Shown here one piece after another: positions 30,218 through 43,989 of a DNA stretch of 64,000 nt. Each line of letters opens with the position of its first letter. The first letter of the stretch is position 1. The notes beneath the pieces were generated by a model. It was not told the origin of the DNA. It ran no database searches and saw only the letters and a list, made by a program, of their open reading frames with translations. The DNA comes from Candidatus Latescibacterota bacterium (GTDB taxonomy: Bacteria; Latescibacterota; UBA2968; UBA8231). The DNA is taken from the NCBI GenBank assembly GCA_965261395.1, contig OZ253462.1:1088001-1152000 (forward strand). The letters run 5' to 3'. The position numbers and the translations under genes were made by a program.

Positions 30218-31684
30218 TTATGGCACCCGGTGCAACCAGCGTTGACCGCTGGATAGCAAGCCGGTGTAGAGAAAACCGGCGTGGAAGAGCAGTAGGAAGG
30301 GCATCCCCAAGTAGAGGCCGGTCGCGTAGGCGTGATAGAGAGCGACGACGAAGTAGAGTGCCATGCCCAGTTCGCCCAAAGACAGCAACGACCAGCGGCT
30401 TAGGTACTTGCGCTGCTGACCTTGGTCTCGGCGTCCGGTAAGTCCGTATTTGGGGGTGCGGAGGAAATCGGTTTGGTACCCGACGAGGCCCTCGATCACC
30501 GCCCGGGTGTTGTTGATGCAGAGGCTCATGCCAATGGCCATCAGTAAGGGCAAATACTTGATCTGCCGCCGCCAATCTGGATAGAGCACGCGCTGGGAGG
30601 TAATGTAGAAGCCGGAAATGGCCATGGTGGCAAAAGAAAACAGCGGCAGGTCGATGATAAAGAGCCGCTCCCAGCCCAGTTGCGCGCGAATGGACAGTAC
30701 CGGCAAGGTCAACAGGGCCATTAAGAGCATCATAATGTAGCAGATGTTGGCCGTCAGATGGAAGGTGGCCTCGACCTTGACCTTAGTTGGCAGCGCAGAA
30801 TGCCAGATTCGCGGCAGCACTTTCTTCGCCGTCTGTACCGCGCCCTTGGTCCAGCGATGCTGTTGCGACTTGAAGGCATTGATCTCGATAGGGATCTCGC
30901 CGGGCACTTCTATTTCGGGCAAATAGAGAAACTGCCAGCCCGCTAGCTGAGCGCGGTAGCTCAAGTCGAGGTCTTCGGTGAGCGTGTCGTGCTGCCAGCC
31001 GCCAGCGTCGTAGATGGCCTTCTTGCGCCAGATCCCCCCGGTGCCGTTGAAGTTGAAGAAGCGGCCCGAGCGGTTGCGGGCCGTGTGCTCGACGACGAAG
31101 TGGCCGTCGAGGAAGATCGACTGGATGCGCGTCAGCAGCGAGTAGGAGCGATTGAGGTGCCCCCAACGCATCTGCACCATGCCGATGGAATCGTCGGTAA
31201 AGTAGTGAATAGCCCGTTGTAGGATGTCGGGGAGGGGCACGAAATCGGCGTCGAGCACCAACACGAATTCGCCCCGGGCGCGCTCTAGCCCAGCAGCCAA
31301 AGCCCCGGCCTTAAAGCCGTGGCGCTGGGTCCGGCCCAGGTACTCGATGTCTAGCCCTTGGGCCGCCAGCCGCGCGGCCCCTTCCCGCGCCTTGTCGCAG
31401 GTTTCGTCCTGCGAGTCGTCGAGGATCTGGATTTGCAGACGGTCGCGGGGATAGTCGATTTGGCCCACGGCCTCTAGCAGGCGCTCGACCACGTGATATT
31501 CGTTGTAAAGCGGCAACTGGACCGTGACGAAGGGCAACTCGGCAAAGCGGTCGGGCTGGGGAACCGGGATTGGATGATGCCGATAAAACAGGCGCAGTAG
31601 CTGGTAGCGGTGGAAGCCGTAGATACCGAGAACAGCGATGATGATGCTGTACACCACCAAACAGAGTACTTCCCAGAAGGTCAT
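30218..31684 (-). CDS. Processive GT2 glycosyltransferase (cellulose synthase-like)
   Basis: QLPLYNE, DDS, KAGAL, DADF, TEDLD, QQHRW (QxxRW); multiple TMs. Confidence 0.92.
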   Translation of the reverse strand: MTFWEVLCLVVYSIIIAVLGIYGFHRYQLLRLFYRHHPIPVPQPDRFAELPFVTVQLPLYNEYHVVERLLEAVGQIDYPRDRLQIQILDDSQDETCDKAREGAARLAAQGLDIEYLGRTQRHGFKAGALAAGLERARGEFVLVLDADFVPLPDILQRAIHYFTDDSIGMVQMRWGHLNRSYSLLTRIQSIFLDGHFVVEHTARNRSGRFFNFNGTGGIWRKKAIYDAGGWQHDTLTEDLDLSYRAQLAGWQFLYLPEIEVPGEIPIEINAFKSQQHRWTKGAVQTAKKVLPRIWHSALPTKVKVEATFHLTANICYIMMLLMALLTLPVLSIRAQLGWERLFIIDLPLFSFATMAISGFYITSQRVLYPDWRRQIKYLPLLMAIGMSLCINNTRAVIEGLVGYQTDFLRTPKYGLTGRRDQGQQRKYLSRWSLLSLGELGMALYFVVALYHAYATGLYLGMPFLLLFHAGFLYTGLLSSGQRWLHRVP

Positions 31685-31698
31685 ATCGCTTTCCAAGC

Positions 31699-34959
<3,261 letters not shown>

Positions 34960-35060
34960 ACAAAATCCTCTTAGACTAGTACCATAGGGGTAGATCGGCT
35001 GCGATATTGGTTTGTAAGCATACGTGCGGACTGACGCTATGACCTCTACGCATTTTCAAC

Positions 35061-35528
35061 TCAGACGGCGAGCCCCTTCTGGCGCACGATACCGTCGAGG
35101 ACGCCATTGACGAAGGCATAGGACCTGTCGGTGCTGTAGGACTTGGCCAATTCGACAGCTTCAGAGATGGAGACCCGGACGGGAATTTCCTCGATAAATA
35201 GCATTTCGGCCAAGGCCAAGCGCAGGATTAAGCGGTCGATGCGGGCGATGCGCTCCCAGCGCCAGTGCTGGACCCGATCCGCTGCTAGCGCGTCCAATTC
35301 GTCTGCATGTTCGGCTGCGTGCTGCAAGAGTTCGGTTGCAAAGGATTGCACCTCTTGCGCCAAGCCAAAGCGCGCACAGAGCTGATCCAGTGCGCCGAGT
35401 GAGTTGGTCGCCGCGCTCTGCTCCCAGTACAGGGCCTGTAAGGCCACTTGGCGAGCGCCGTGGCGGTTGTTGGGAGGTGCCTCGTCGGCAGAGGTCCCAT
35501 CGCCAAAAAAATCGTCGTCGCCGCTCAT
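35061..35528 (-). CDS. nusB: Transcription antitermination factor NusB
   Basis: [31 protein letters not shown]. Confidence 0.93.
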   Translation of the reverse strand: MSGDDDFFGDGTSADEAPPNNRHGARQVALQALYWEQSAATNSLGALDQLCARFGLAQEVQSFATELLQHAAEHADELDALAADRVQHWRWERIARIDRLILRLALAEMLFIEEIPVRVSISEAVELAKSYSTDRSYAFVNGVLDGIVRQKGLAV

Positions 35529-35992
35529 CCTAACTCGGCCATCAAACTGGCCATTTCAACCGCGTTGAGTGCGGAGTCCCAGCCGCGATTGCCGGCCTTG
35601 ACACCCGCGCGCTGCACGGCCTGTTCGACCGTGTCGGCGGTGATGACGCCAAAGATCACCGGGATGCCGCTGTCGAGGCCGACGCGGGCGATTCCCTTGG
35701 CCGATTCGCCCGCTACGTAATCGAAATGAGGAGTATCGCTGCGGACGATCGCCCCTAAGCAGATAACGACGTCAAAGCGACCCGTGCCCGCTAGCTTCTG
35801 GGCGGCAATGGGTAGTTCAAAGGCACCGGGGACCCAGGCAATTTCTATGTCGCTGCCGTCGCCACCGTGTCGCTGGATGCAGTCCAACGCGCCGTCGAGG
35901 AGCCGGGTGGTCACCAAGTCGTTGAAGCGGCTGACTGCAATGCCAAATTTGCGGCCTCGGGCGTCGAGCTGTCCTTCATGCACTTTTGGCAT
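35525..35992 (-). CDS. ribH: Lumazine synthase
   Basis: [29 protein letters not shown]. Confidence 0.95.
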   Translation of the reverse strand: MPKVHEGQLDARGRKFGIAVSRFNDLVTTRLLDGALDCIQRHGGDGSDIEIAWVPGAFELPIAAQKLAGTGRFDVVICLGAIVRSDTPHFDYVAGESAKGIARVGLDSGIPVIFGVITADTVEQAVQRAGVKAGNRGWDSALNAVEMASLMAELG

Positions 35993-37226
35993 GGCTGTCA
36001 TCCTCGGCGGCGGCGCGTTTGAGCAAGAGGGCGTGGCCCATCTTGTCGCGCTTGGTTGTTAGATAGCGGATATTGTGCGGGTTGGGAGCGGCCTCAATGG
36101 GCACTTGCTCGACGACGGTTAGGCCGTGGGCCTCCAAGCCGACCCGCTTTTTGGGATTGTTGGTCAAAAAGCGCACTCGGCGCAACCCTAGATCGTAGAG
36201 CACTTGGGCACCGATGCCGTAGTCGCGCGAGTCCATGGGGTGGCCGAGGGCGTGGTTGGCCTCAATCGTGTCGAGGCCCTGCTGCTGTTGCAGTTCGTAT
36301 GCTTTGAGCTTGTGCAAGATACCGATGCCGCGTCCCTCGTGGTGCTGAATATAGACGATTACGCCGTGCCCCTCGGCGGCAATGAGCTGCATGGATTGCG
36401 CTAGCTGTTCGCCGCAGTCGCACAGCAGCGAGCCGAGCGCGTCGCCGGTCAGACAACCCGAGTGCATGCGCACCAAGATGTCGCGGCCGTCGGCAACCTC
36501 GCCGTACACGAGGGCGAGGTACGGGTTGTCGTCAACCAAGCTGCGGTACGCATAGGCTGTGAATTCGCCGTAGCGGGTCGGCATGGGCGACTGGGCCTCT
36601 AGATGAATCAGTTTCTCGGTGCGTCGGCGATGGGCAATCAGATCGTGGATGGTGGTAATCTTAAGGTCGTGTTCGCGCGCGAAGTGGAGCAGGTAGGGAG
36701 CGTCGGCTAGCGCGCCCGCTTCGTCGAGGATGGCAGCGATCAAGGCCACGGGCTGGCAATCGGCCATCTGCGCTAGATCGACCGAGGCTTCGGTGTGGCC
36801 GGCGCGGCGCAACACCCCGCCCGGTTGGGCTTGGAGCGGCGTGACGTGCCCAGGCTGGACGAAGTCTTCGGGCGCACTGTCGGGGTCGGCTAGTTTGCGA
36901 ATAGTCGCGGCGCGGTCCTGTGCCGAGACGCCAGTGCCCTCGATGGCGCGGGCATTGACCGAGACCATGATCGAGGCGTCCATCGGCTCGTGGGCCTTGG
37001 AAACCTGCATATGCAGTTCGAGGGCCTTGAGGTGCGTGCTAGCGGCGGCGACCACGGGCGGGCTGCTGGCGCAGCGCGTCATGAAGTTGACCGAGGCGGC
37101 GGTGGCCCGCTCGGCGAGCATCACCAACACGCCCTCACCCACGGCTTCGCACTCGTCGACGAGCACGACCATGCGGCCGCTTTGCAGGTCCTCGACGACT
37201 TCTTCGATGGTGTTAAAATCTAGCAT
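35976..37226 (-). CDS. ribBA: RibBA fusion: GTP cyclohydrolase II with degenerate DHBP-synthase domain
   Basis: C-half [29 protein letters not shown]-half keeps RibB fold motifs (GVSAQDR, PGH, RAGHTEA) but lacks the RENEGD loop. Confidence 0.9.
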   Translation of the reverse strand: MLDFNTIEEVVEDLQSGRMVVLVDECEAVGEGVLVMLAERATAASVNFMTRCASSPPVVAAASTHLKALELHMQVSKAHEPMDASIMVSVNARAIEGTGVSAQDRAATIRKLADPDSAPEDFVQPGHVTPLQAQPGGVLRRAGHTEASVDLAQMADCQPVALIAAILDEAGALADAPYLLHFAREHDLKITTIHDLIAHRRRTEKLIHLEAQSPMPTRYGEFTAYAYRSLVDDNPYLALVYGEVADGRDILVRMHSGCLTGDALGSLLCDCGEQLAQSMQLIAAEGHGVIVYIQHHEGRGIGILHKLKAYELQQQQGLDTIEANHALGHPMDSRDYGIGAQVLYDLGLRRVRFLTNNPKKRVGLEAHGLTVVEQVPIEAAPNPHNIRYLTTKRDKMGHALLLKRAAAEDDSHAKSA

Positions 37227-37229
37227 TAC

Positions 37230-37859
37230 TCAGTATCCCATATCGCGCAAATCTTCAAAGCTGAGCTGGGGTTGTCCGCCGAGCAAACGCTCGACATAAC
37301 GGGCGATCACATCGACTTCGAGGTTGACAGAATCAGCGGCGCGCCGCTGGCTAAGCGTCGTATTATCAAATGTATGCGGTATGACCGCAACCGTAAAGGC
37401 ATCGCCGCCGACCTCGGCCACCGTCAGGCTGATGCCGTCGAGGGCTACCGAGCCTTTGGCGGCGATGTAGCGGGCGAGCGGCTGCGGCGGCTCGATCTCG
37501 AAGCGATGCTCCCCGTCGCGCTCCGTGCGCCGGCGAATGTGGGCGACCCCATCGACGTGCCCCAAGACGAGGTGGCCGCCGAGCCGCTGGTCGGCGCGGA
37601 GGGCGCGCTCTAGGTTGACTGCTTGCCCGATGCCGAGGGTGCCCAAGGTCGTGCGGGCGAGCGTTTCGGCGACCGTCTCGACCGCAAAGCTGCTCTCTCT
37701 TATGGCCACGGCGGTCTGGCAAGCCCCATCGATATTGACGCTGTCCCCCACCTGCAAGCCAGCGAGAACGCGCTTGGCCTCGATCTCCAACTGCTGGAAC
37801 GCGCCTCGGCGCACGCGGCCGCGCACGCTCCCGAGTTCCTCTATGAGTCCGGTGAACAA
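37230..37859 (-). CDS. ribE: Riboflavin synthase alpha chain
   Basis: MFTGLIEE, GGHLVLGHVD, KGSVALDGISLT, IPHT. Confidence 0.95.
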   Translation of the reverse strand: MFTGLIEELGSVRGRVRRGAFQQLEIEAKRVLAGLQVGDSVNIDGACQTAVAIRESSFAVETVAETLARTTLGTLGIGQAVNLERALRADQRLGGHLVLGHVDGVAHIRRRTERDGEHRFEIEPPQPLARYIAAKGSVALDGISLTVAEVGGDAFTVAVIPHTFDNTTLSQRRAADSVNLEVDVIARYVERLLGGQPQLSFEDLRDMGY

Positions 37860-38938
37860 GTGTATTGTACCTCAGCCGTATAGAGCAGGTCGGGGCCCAG
37901 CCACTGGGTGCGGCTGGACCCTAGGCGAATGGCGTCGGCCGCGCGCTCGACTCCCAAGTCGCCAATGGCAGCGACCCCCTCGCCCATCAGCCGCGGTGCG
38001 AGGTAGAGCAGGACTTGGTCAACGACGCGGTCGCCGAGTGCGGCAGCGGCCAACTGGCCGCCGCCTTCGATGAGGACGCTGGTCATGCCCTCTCGCGCCA
38101 TGCGCCCAAGGGGCAGGCGCAGGTCGATGCGCCCGGCAGATGCCGGAAAAGTCCAAATCTCGGCCCCTTGGGCCTCGTAGGCTCGGTGCTTGTCGGTGGG
38201 CGTGTCCTCTGCGGTGACGAGCACGGCGCCGGGCCGCTGATAGACGCGAGCCTTGGGCGAGGTGCGCAAGCGCCCGTCTATGACGATGGGTCGCGGGTCG
38301 CGCCCTGGCACGTGGCGCACCGTCAAGAGGGGATCGTCGGCTTGCACCGTGCCCGCGCCCACGGCCACGGCATCGACCCAAGAGCGCCAGCGATGGACGT
38401 GTCGCCGCGCTCGGTCACCGGTGATCCAACGCGCATCACCGCTGCGCGCCGCAATGCGACCGTCGAGGGTCTGCGCCAGCTTGAGCAGGACCAAGGGCAG
38501 GTTTTGGGTGCGGTGTTTGATGTAGGCCGCGTTGAGGCGGCGCGCCTCTTCAGCGCAAAGCCCGACGTCGATGGCGACGCCCTTTTCGCGCAGCGCGGCG
38601 ATTCCCTGCCCAGCCACGCGCTCGTCGGGGTCTTCTATCGCGCAGTAGAGCCTTTTAATGCCAGCGCGAAGCACCGCTTCGGTACAGGGCGGGGTGCGGC
38701 CGTGGAAGGAGCAGGGCTCCAGCGTGACATAGAGATCGGCCCCCCGCGCCTCGTCGCCGGCCCGACGCAGGGCGTGGACCTCGGCATGGGGGCCGCCGAC
38801 CTTCAGGTGAGCCCCTTCGCCGACGATGCAGTCCCCGCGCACCACCACCGCGCCAACCATGGGATTGGGGCTTACTTTGCCCCGCCCTCGCTGCGCTAAT
38901 CGCAGGGCGCGGCGCATGTATTGCGCGGGCTGGTTCAC
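37841..38938 (-). CDS. ribD: Bifunctional deaminase/reductase RibD
   Basis: PNPMVG, HAE, TLEPC..GRTPPC, LDGRIA, EGG. Confidence 0.95.
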   Translation of the reverse strand: MNQPAQYMRRALRLAQRGRGKVSPNPMVGAVVVRGDCIVGEGAHLKVGGPHAEVHALRRAGDEARGADLYVTLEPCSFHGRTPPCTEAVLRAGIKRLYCAIEDPDERVAGQGIAALREKGVAIDVGLCAEEARRLNAAYIKHRTQNLPLVLLKLAQTLDGRIAARSGDARWITGDRARRHVHRWRSWVDAVAVGAGTVQADDPLLTVRHVPGRDPRPIVIDGRLRTSPKARVYQRPGAVLVTAEDTPTDKHRAYEAQGAEIWTFPASAGRIDLRLPLGRMAREGMTSVLIEGGGQLAAAALGDRVVDQVLLYLAPRLMGEGVAAIGDLGVERAADAIRLGSSRTQWLGPDLLYTAEVQYTCSPDS

Positions 38939-40965
38939 TTGACTTGGACGACGATTTGCCGCACGCCGATGTTGTCGAGGACGTCAATGGCCCGCACGAC
39001 AATGACGTGCTCGCCCGCGTCCAGCCCTTCGACGGCAAAGCGCGCCTTTTCGCCGCGGCTGTCAAAGACGCCGTCCAACGGCGCGATGGGGTGTTGTTGT
39101 TCGTCGTAGTCAATGGTGTAATAGGCTTTTTGCACCGCTGAGATACGGTCGCTAATCGCCACTTCGACGACGGCACCATCGGCGCTGGTCTGCGCGTCGA
39201 GCGCAACGGTGGGCGGGCTGTTGTCGATGGCGAAGGGCGCGCTTTCGCGCTCGTCGCGCAGGCGTTCAGTCGCTGGGTTGTCCATGCGATCGGAGGCCAC
39301 CAGTTTGAGCTGGGTCTGGCCTTCGGGCATGGATTCAGTGTCCCAGACGATTGAGGTGTGCGCGATGTTCTCTTCGACCAGCTTCCACGCTTGCTGATCC
39401 TCGCCCTTGAGATAGAGGTCGTACACCAGCTCGTCCTCGTTGGGATCTTGGGCCTGCCAGCGCACTAGACGCAGGCTTTTGGCTTGAGGGGGCCGATGGT
39501 TGCGCCGCCCTTGGCCAGCTTGAGGTGCGCCTTGGGGTTGGCCGCCGTTGCCGGATTGTTGCGGCCGGAAGGGAAAGGTTTGCAATTCGGTGATGCGGGG
39601 CTTGAGGTTGACTTGGACGCCGCGGATTTCGACCGAGCTGAGCCGGGGCGTGACCCCGTCGCGCTCAGATTCCATCTCGACCCGGTACTGGATAAAGCGA
39701 GCGGGGGGACTGGCAATGGTTTGGCCACTCTCGGTCAGGGGCTCAGACCACGCGCTCCAGGTCTTGTCCGGCTCTTCGCTGTTGCCGGTGCGCGTCTGCA
39801 CGGTGATGCGGGTATCTGCGGGTTGGGTGCCGCGCCATTCGAGCGCCCCCCACCGCGCGTGGATGGCAAAGTCCTCGACCGCTGATTCAAAGTGCCCCTT
39901 GTGACGGCCCTTCTCGGGCAGGGTAGAAACGGCGGCATTTTGCGCCCCGCCCAAGAGTAGCGCGCCGTCTTGCCCGAACAAGAGGCAGCTGGGAACGAAG
40001 CTCTCGAATTGCACGACCAACGCCCGGCGGCCATCGGCGCTGAGGCGCAAAAGCCGCGCTGGGTTGGAGGCGCTGAGCAGCAGGCGCTCGCCGGCCGCAA
40101 CGAGATTGACGACTGGGGCTTCGGTATCCTCCCAGATGGGATAGACCGCCCCTTCTGCTCCGATTCGGTACACGGCAGCCGGGACCTTGTGGGAATTTTC
40201 GCCCTTGCTTGGCGCGGGAATCGCGCTGGCGAACATCTCCCCGTTGATGCCTGCCACTAGGTTGTGAATTTCTTCTTGCTCGCTTTCAAAAAGCAGCCGC
40301 CCGCGGCCCTCGCCGTTGATCTCGTAGATGCGGCCCTTGCCGGCCGTGCCGGCGTACAAGCGGTCGCCGTGGGCAAGCAGGGTTATAACGTGGCGATCTT
40401 CTGGAGCAAAGAAGACTTCGTGCGACCCATCTTTGGCAACTTTGAGCACTCGGCCGGGTTCGCCCGTGGCTGCGTAGAGCTGGCCGTCGACTAGGGCGAA
40501 GTCCCACACGTAGTGGCTGCCGGTCTGGAGCAGGGTTTCCGCCTGCCCCTCGGCGTCGAGCGCGTAGATTAGGCCGTCGGGGGCCGAGCCAGCGTAGAGC
40601 CGCCCGTCGGGGCCAGCGATCAGGGCGTGGAGGACGAGTTCGGGCGAGTCGAACAGCAACTCGGCTTGCCCCTTGTCATCGATGGCAAAGAGCCGGCCCG
40701 AGTCACCGGTGCCCACGTAGAGACCCCCCTTGGGGTTGGGTGCCATGGACCAGACGCGCTCGGCATCTAATGATGCTAGCTCGACGAGCGCGGGCGCTAG
40801 CTCCAGTGCGCCGTCCGCGGCAATGGAAATGCCTTCGCTCTCGCCTTCGGCAAAATCGTCGTACGCGTGCTGCTGCCAAGCCTTGGCGCGCCCCGCTTCG
40901 GTTGCGCTGACCGCTGACAATACCAAGAAAAACGAAAGTAGGGCGCGGGTCGTAGTGCGTATCAT
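38935..40965 (-). CDS. Secreted beta-propeller plus Fn3/Ig-like protein
   Basis: Signal peptide, repeated LY[AV]GT/GS blades, C-terminal beta-sandwich modules (DNSPP, DGVFDS). Confidence 0.75.
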   Translation of the reverse strand: MIRTTTRALLSFFLVLSAVSATEAGRAKAWQQHAYDDFAEGESEGISIAADGALELAPALVELASLDAERVWSMAPNPKGGLYVGTGDSGRLFAIDDKGQAELLFDSPELVLHALIAGPDGRLYAGSAPDGLIYALDAEGQAETLLQTGSHYVWDFALVDGQLYAATGEPGRVLKVAKDGSHEVFFAPEDRHVITLLAHGDRLYAGTAGKGRIYEINGEGRGRLLFESEQEEIHNLVAGINGEMFASAIPAPSKGENSHKVPAAVYRIGAEGAVYPIWEDTEAPVVNLVAAGERLLLSASNPARLLRLSADGRRALVVQFESFVPSCLLFGQDGALLLGGAQNAAVSTLPEKGRHKGHFESAVEDFAIHARWGALEWRGTQPADTRITVQTRTGNSEEPDKTWSAWSEPLTESGQTIASPPARFIQYRVEMESERDGVTPRLSSVEIRGVQVNLKPRITELQTFPFRPQQSGNGGQPQGAPQAGQGRRNHRPPQAKSLRLVRWQAQDPNEDELVYDLYLKGEDQQAWKLVEENIAHTSIVWDTESMPEGQTQLKLVASDRMDNPATERLRDERESAPFAIDNSPPTVALDAQTSADGAVVEVAISDRISAVQKAYYTIDYDEQQHPIAPLDGVFDSRGEKARFAVEGLDAGEHVIVVRAIDVLDNIGVRQIVVQVK

Positions 40966-40969
40966 TAGA

Positions 40970-42712
40970 TCAGGGCTTTCTCAGTGTCATGTCGAGGCTT
41001 TGCTCGCCGGAGAGAACGTAGTCGGTAGTTAGGGTGTGGCGGAGGACGACCTCGCCTTGCACCGGCCCCAGATGCCCAGCCGAGCGATCCGCGCTCAGCA
41101 CGGCCAGCGCCGAGGGAGGCAGCCCGGGCAACTCGCGCCCATCCACCGTAAAGCCAGGGTTGGCGCGAAAGATCTCGACGACCAACTCATCGGCGGCACC
41201 CGTGCGCTCGAGCAAGGCGAGCAAGTCAGAGGTATTGCGCGGCACAAACGCATCGGGCCGCCGCGCCGCTTCCCAACTCGTGCTCGCCACACCGCTGCCG
41301 ACGCGCACGACGAAGGGGCCGGGTTCGAGATGCGCGGGCAGATCCAACTCCATGCGCTCTGTAACCGGCTCGGCGCGATACGGTTGCAACGTCGCTTGCA
41401 GCGAAACCCGCTGCCCTGCCTTGGGATCGGGCGGCGACAGCCGCAGGCCCGTAATGCGAGCTTGCGCGAGGGTTTCGCCGATTTCCAACTCAAAATGCAG
41501 CGAGTCTAAGGCCAGCCCTGCAAAGGAGTTGTTGAGCAGCACACTGACCGGCTGTACTGCGTCTATTACGGCACTGATCAGCGCGACCCCACTGCTGTAC
41601 ACTTGCTCGCGCTCAACCGTGCGGCCATCGGTCAGCGCGATGTGGCTGCGCACCCGCAGCGTGGCATCGCCAAAGAGCTTTTCAGCCGTTTCGAGGGAGT
41701 TGAACAAAACCGAGCGGACGAGGGCTGCGCTCAGCTCGGGGTGGCGCAGCACCTCACAGCGGAAGGCGTGGTTGCCAGCCGCCGACCGCAGGGCGACCTG
41801 CACCGGCAGCATGTCCGGCACCGCGCCCAGCGTCCCGGCGATCGCGGGCAGGCGGTCTTGGCGCACCGCTCCCACTGCGCCGGTCGGCGTTCCCAGCTTG
41901 AAAGAGGCGGTCTGGATGGGAATGACTTGGTGGATATAGGCCCCGGTGGCAGGCAGGTTGGTGGCCCCCAACAAAAACATCGGATGCCCAAAGCCGACGA
42001 AACGTCCGTCGCCGACCCAAGTAAGGGTGCCGATTGCCGCGGCGCTGTAATCGCCGCGAATTAGCTGCACGGCCAGCGAGGCCCCGGGCGCGAAGGGCAC
42101 CTCTTGGTCGGGTAGCGCCTGCCCCGCCGGGCTGTCCAAAAGCTGGATGCCCGGCGCGTCGAGTGCGTCGCGCAACACTTGCCGCCCCTGCGGGCTGAAG
42201 CCAGCAACCGCTATGGGCATCCCCAGCGGCGCTAGGGTGCTGACGCCCTCGCCGCCGAGCAGGCGAGTGGTTTTTTCGTCTAGTTTTAAAGCTTTTCCGT
42301 ACCGGCTTGGCGTGGGATGTTCGCGGGTGGCGACTTCGAGCATGTGGGCGATGGGGGTGATGCCGCCGATGGGGTCCTTAGAAAAATACCAGCCGTAGGA
42401 GATGGCACCGATGAGCCGCCCATCGATGTACACCGGGCTGCCGCTCATGCCCCTTATGAGACCCGTGTGTTCCAAGGGGCCGCCGGAGAGCCGCGCGAGG
42501 ATCATGTCCATGCGCGGCCCCAAGGCCCCTTTTAGCACCCCCAAAATTTCGACTTGGAAGGTGTCGATCTCAGTGCCTTGGAAGGTCGTCAGTCCAAAGC
42601 CGCTCATGCCGCGGCGCAACTCGCTTGGCGCCATGGTGGGTTGTGCGCGGAGCGCGGGAGCAGCCAAGAGCAACGACGCCAATGCCACTAGTATGCGAAA
42701 TGAGGTCTGCAC
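40970..42712 (-). CDS. SpoIVB-like S55 peptidase-domain secreted protein
   Basis: Signal peptide, GMSGSPVYIDGRLIGA, GITPI, FGHP. Confidence 0.82.
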   Translation of the reverse strand: MQTSFRILVALASLLLAAPALRAQPTMAPSELRRGMSGFGLTTFQGTEIDTFQVEILGVLKGALGPRMDMILARLSGGPLEHTGLIRGMSGSPVYIDGRLIGAISYGWYFSKDPIGGITPIAHMLEVATREHPTPSRYGKALKLDEKTTRLLGGEGVSTLAPLGMPIAVAGFSPQGRQVLRDALDAPGIQLLDSPAGQALPDQEVPFAPGASLAVQLIRGDYSAAAIGTLTWVGDGRFVGFGHPMFLLGATNLPATGAYIHQVIPIQTASFKLGTPTGAVGAVRQDRLPAIAGTLGAVPDMLPVQVALRSAAGNHAFRCEVLRHPELSAALVRSVLFNSLETAEKLFGDATLRVRSHIALTDGRTVEREQVYSSGVALISAVIDAVQPVSVLLNNSFAGLALDSLHFELEIGETLAQARITGLRLSPPDPKAGQRVSLQATLQPYRAEPVTERMELDLPAHLEPGPFVVRVGSGVASTSWEAARRPDAFVPRNTSDLLALLERTGAADELVVEIFRANPGFTVDGRELPGLPPSALAVLSADRSAGHLGPVQGEVVLRHTLTTDYVLSGEQSLDMTLRKP

Positions 42713-42927
42713 GACCTTTTGTTTGCCTTTCCCATAGAGAAAAGAATCAAAAAAAGCTATACTTGGGCTAGGGAAAAGTCAAGGCAAGCCGAGTGTTGAG
42801 AGATGTTGTAACATTTTGTTTGACAATGAGTTGTCGCTTTTGGATGGCGGGCAATCCCTTGACAGGCGTCGCGCCAGACGCCATTACTTTGCTCTCGCAA
42901 TCACCTACGTGCCAATAGGAGAAGATC

Positions 42928-43935
42928 ATGCTGAATATCGGTTTTATCGGCTGCGGCGGCATTGCCCGCCATCACGCCAGTTGCTTATCCCGGATCCGGG
43001 GTGCGCGCATTCTCGCGGCCGCGGATGTCGTCGCCGACGCAGCCGAGGCTTTCGCCCGCGACTTCGGGGCCGAACACCACTTCGCGGACTTCCGAGCGCT
43101 GCTCGACCTGCCCGAGATCGACGCGGTGTGGGTCTGCACCCCCACCTTCCAGCACCCCGCGCCGGTCATTGCCGCCGCCAAAGCCGGTAAGCACGTGTTC
43201 TGCGAGAAGCCCATGGCGCTGAAAGTGGCTGATGCGCGGCGCATGGCGAATGCTTGTAGTCAGGCCGACGTGCGGCTGACCATCGGCTTTGTGCGCCGCT
43301 TTGACGCGCAGTGGGGCAAGCTCAAGGAGATCGTCCAATCCGGTGCCGTTGGCGCACCGGTCATCTGGCGCTTTGCTGGGGGGGGCCGCCCGGGCCGCCC
43401 GTGGTTCCGCGATGAGAACAAAGGTGGCGGTCCGCTGATGGACGGTGCCGTACACAACTACGATTTCGCCTTGCAGATTTTTGGCCCGGCCGCTTCGGCG
43501 CAAGCCTCTTCCCTGCAATTTGACCCCACCAGCGTCGGCGCTGACACCGCTAGCGTCATCGTCAACTTCGCCAGCGGCGACCAGCACTCCTTGATCTGGT
43601 CTTGGGGCGTGGCCGCTGGCGTGCCCGTGGCAAGCCTCAACGATGTGATTGGCCCGGCTGGCACCTTGCAATTCGGCATGACTGCTCAGAAAGCTCCGGC
43701 GCGCTTCAATCCGCAAAAAAGCGGTGCCTTTACGCTCAAGATGGGTGAGGGCCGCGAGCGGGTGTACTCCTATCCGCTCAAGGACATGTTCGCCGAACAG
43801 GACAAACACGTGGTCAAGTGCTTCACCGATGGCGAACAGCCTTTAGTGACTGGGGAAGATGGGATCGCCGCCTTGGAGGTTGCGACGGCTGTGTTGCGGG
43901 CTGGGAAGGGGCAGCGGACGGTGAAGATTGGGTAG
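42928..43935 (+). CDS. Gfo/Idh/MocA oxidoreductase
   Basis: IGCGGIA, CEKP, GGGPLMDGAVH; AGGAG RBS. Confidence 0.92.
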   Translation: MLNIGFIGCGGIARHHASCLSRIRGARILAAADVVADAAEAFARDFGAEHHFADFRALLDLPEIDAVWVCTPTFQHPAPVIAAAKAGKHVFCEKPMALKVADARRMANACSQADVRLTIGFVRRFDAQWGKLKEIVQSGAVGAPVIWRFAGGGRPGRPWFRDENKGGGPLMDGAVHNYDFALQIFGPAASAQASSLQFDPTSVGADTASVIVNFASGDQHSLIWSWGVAAGVPVASLNDVIGPAGTLQFGMTAQKAPARFNPQKSGAFTLKMGEGRERVYSYPLKDMFAEQDKHVVKCFTDGEQPLVTGEDGIAALEVATAVLRAGKGQRTVKIG

Positions 43936-43989
43936 GAACTGTCTCATGCCGCGTCGAGATTATTGAAGCGGCTGAGGAGGAATGACCAC

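Noticed and set aside
42713-42927. FMN riboswitch ahead of the rib-containing operon
   Set aside because: No RFN consensus elements visible; ribD is directly coupled to the upstream gene
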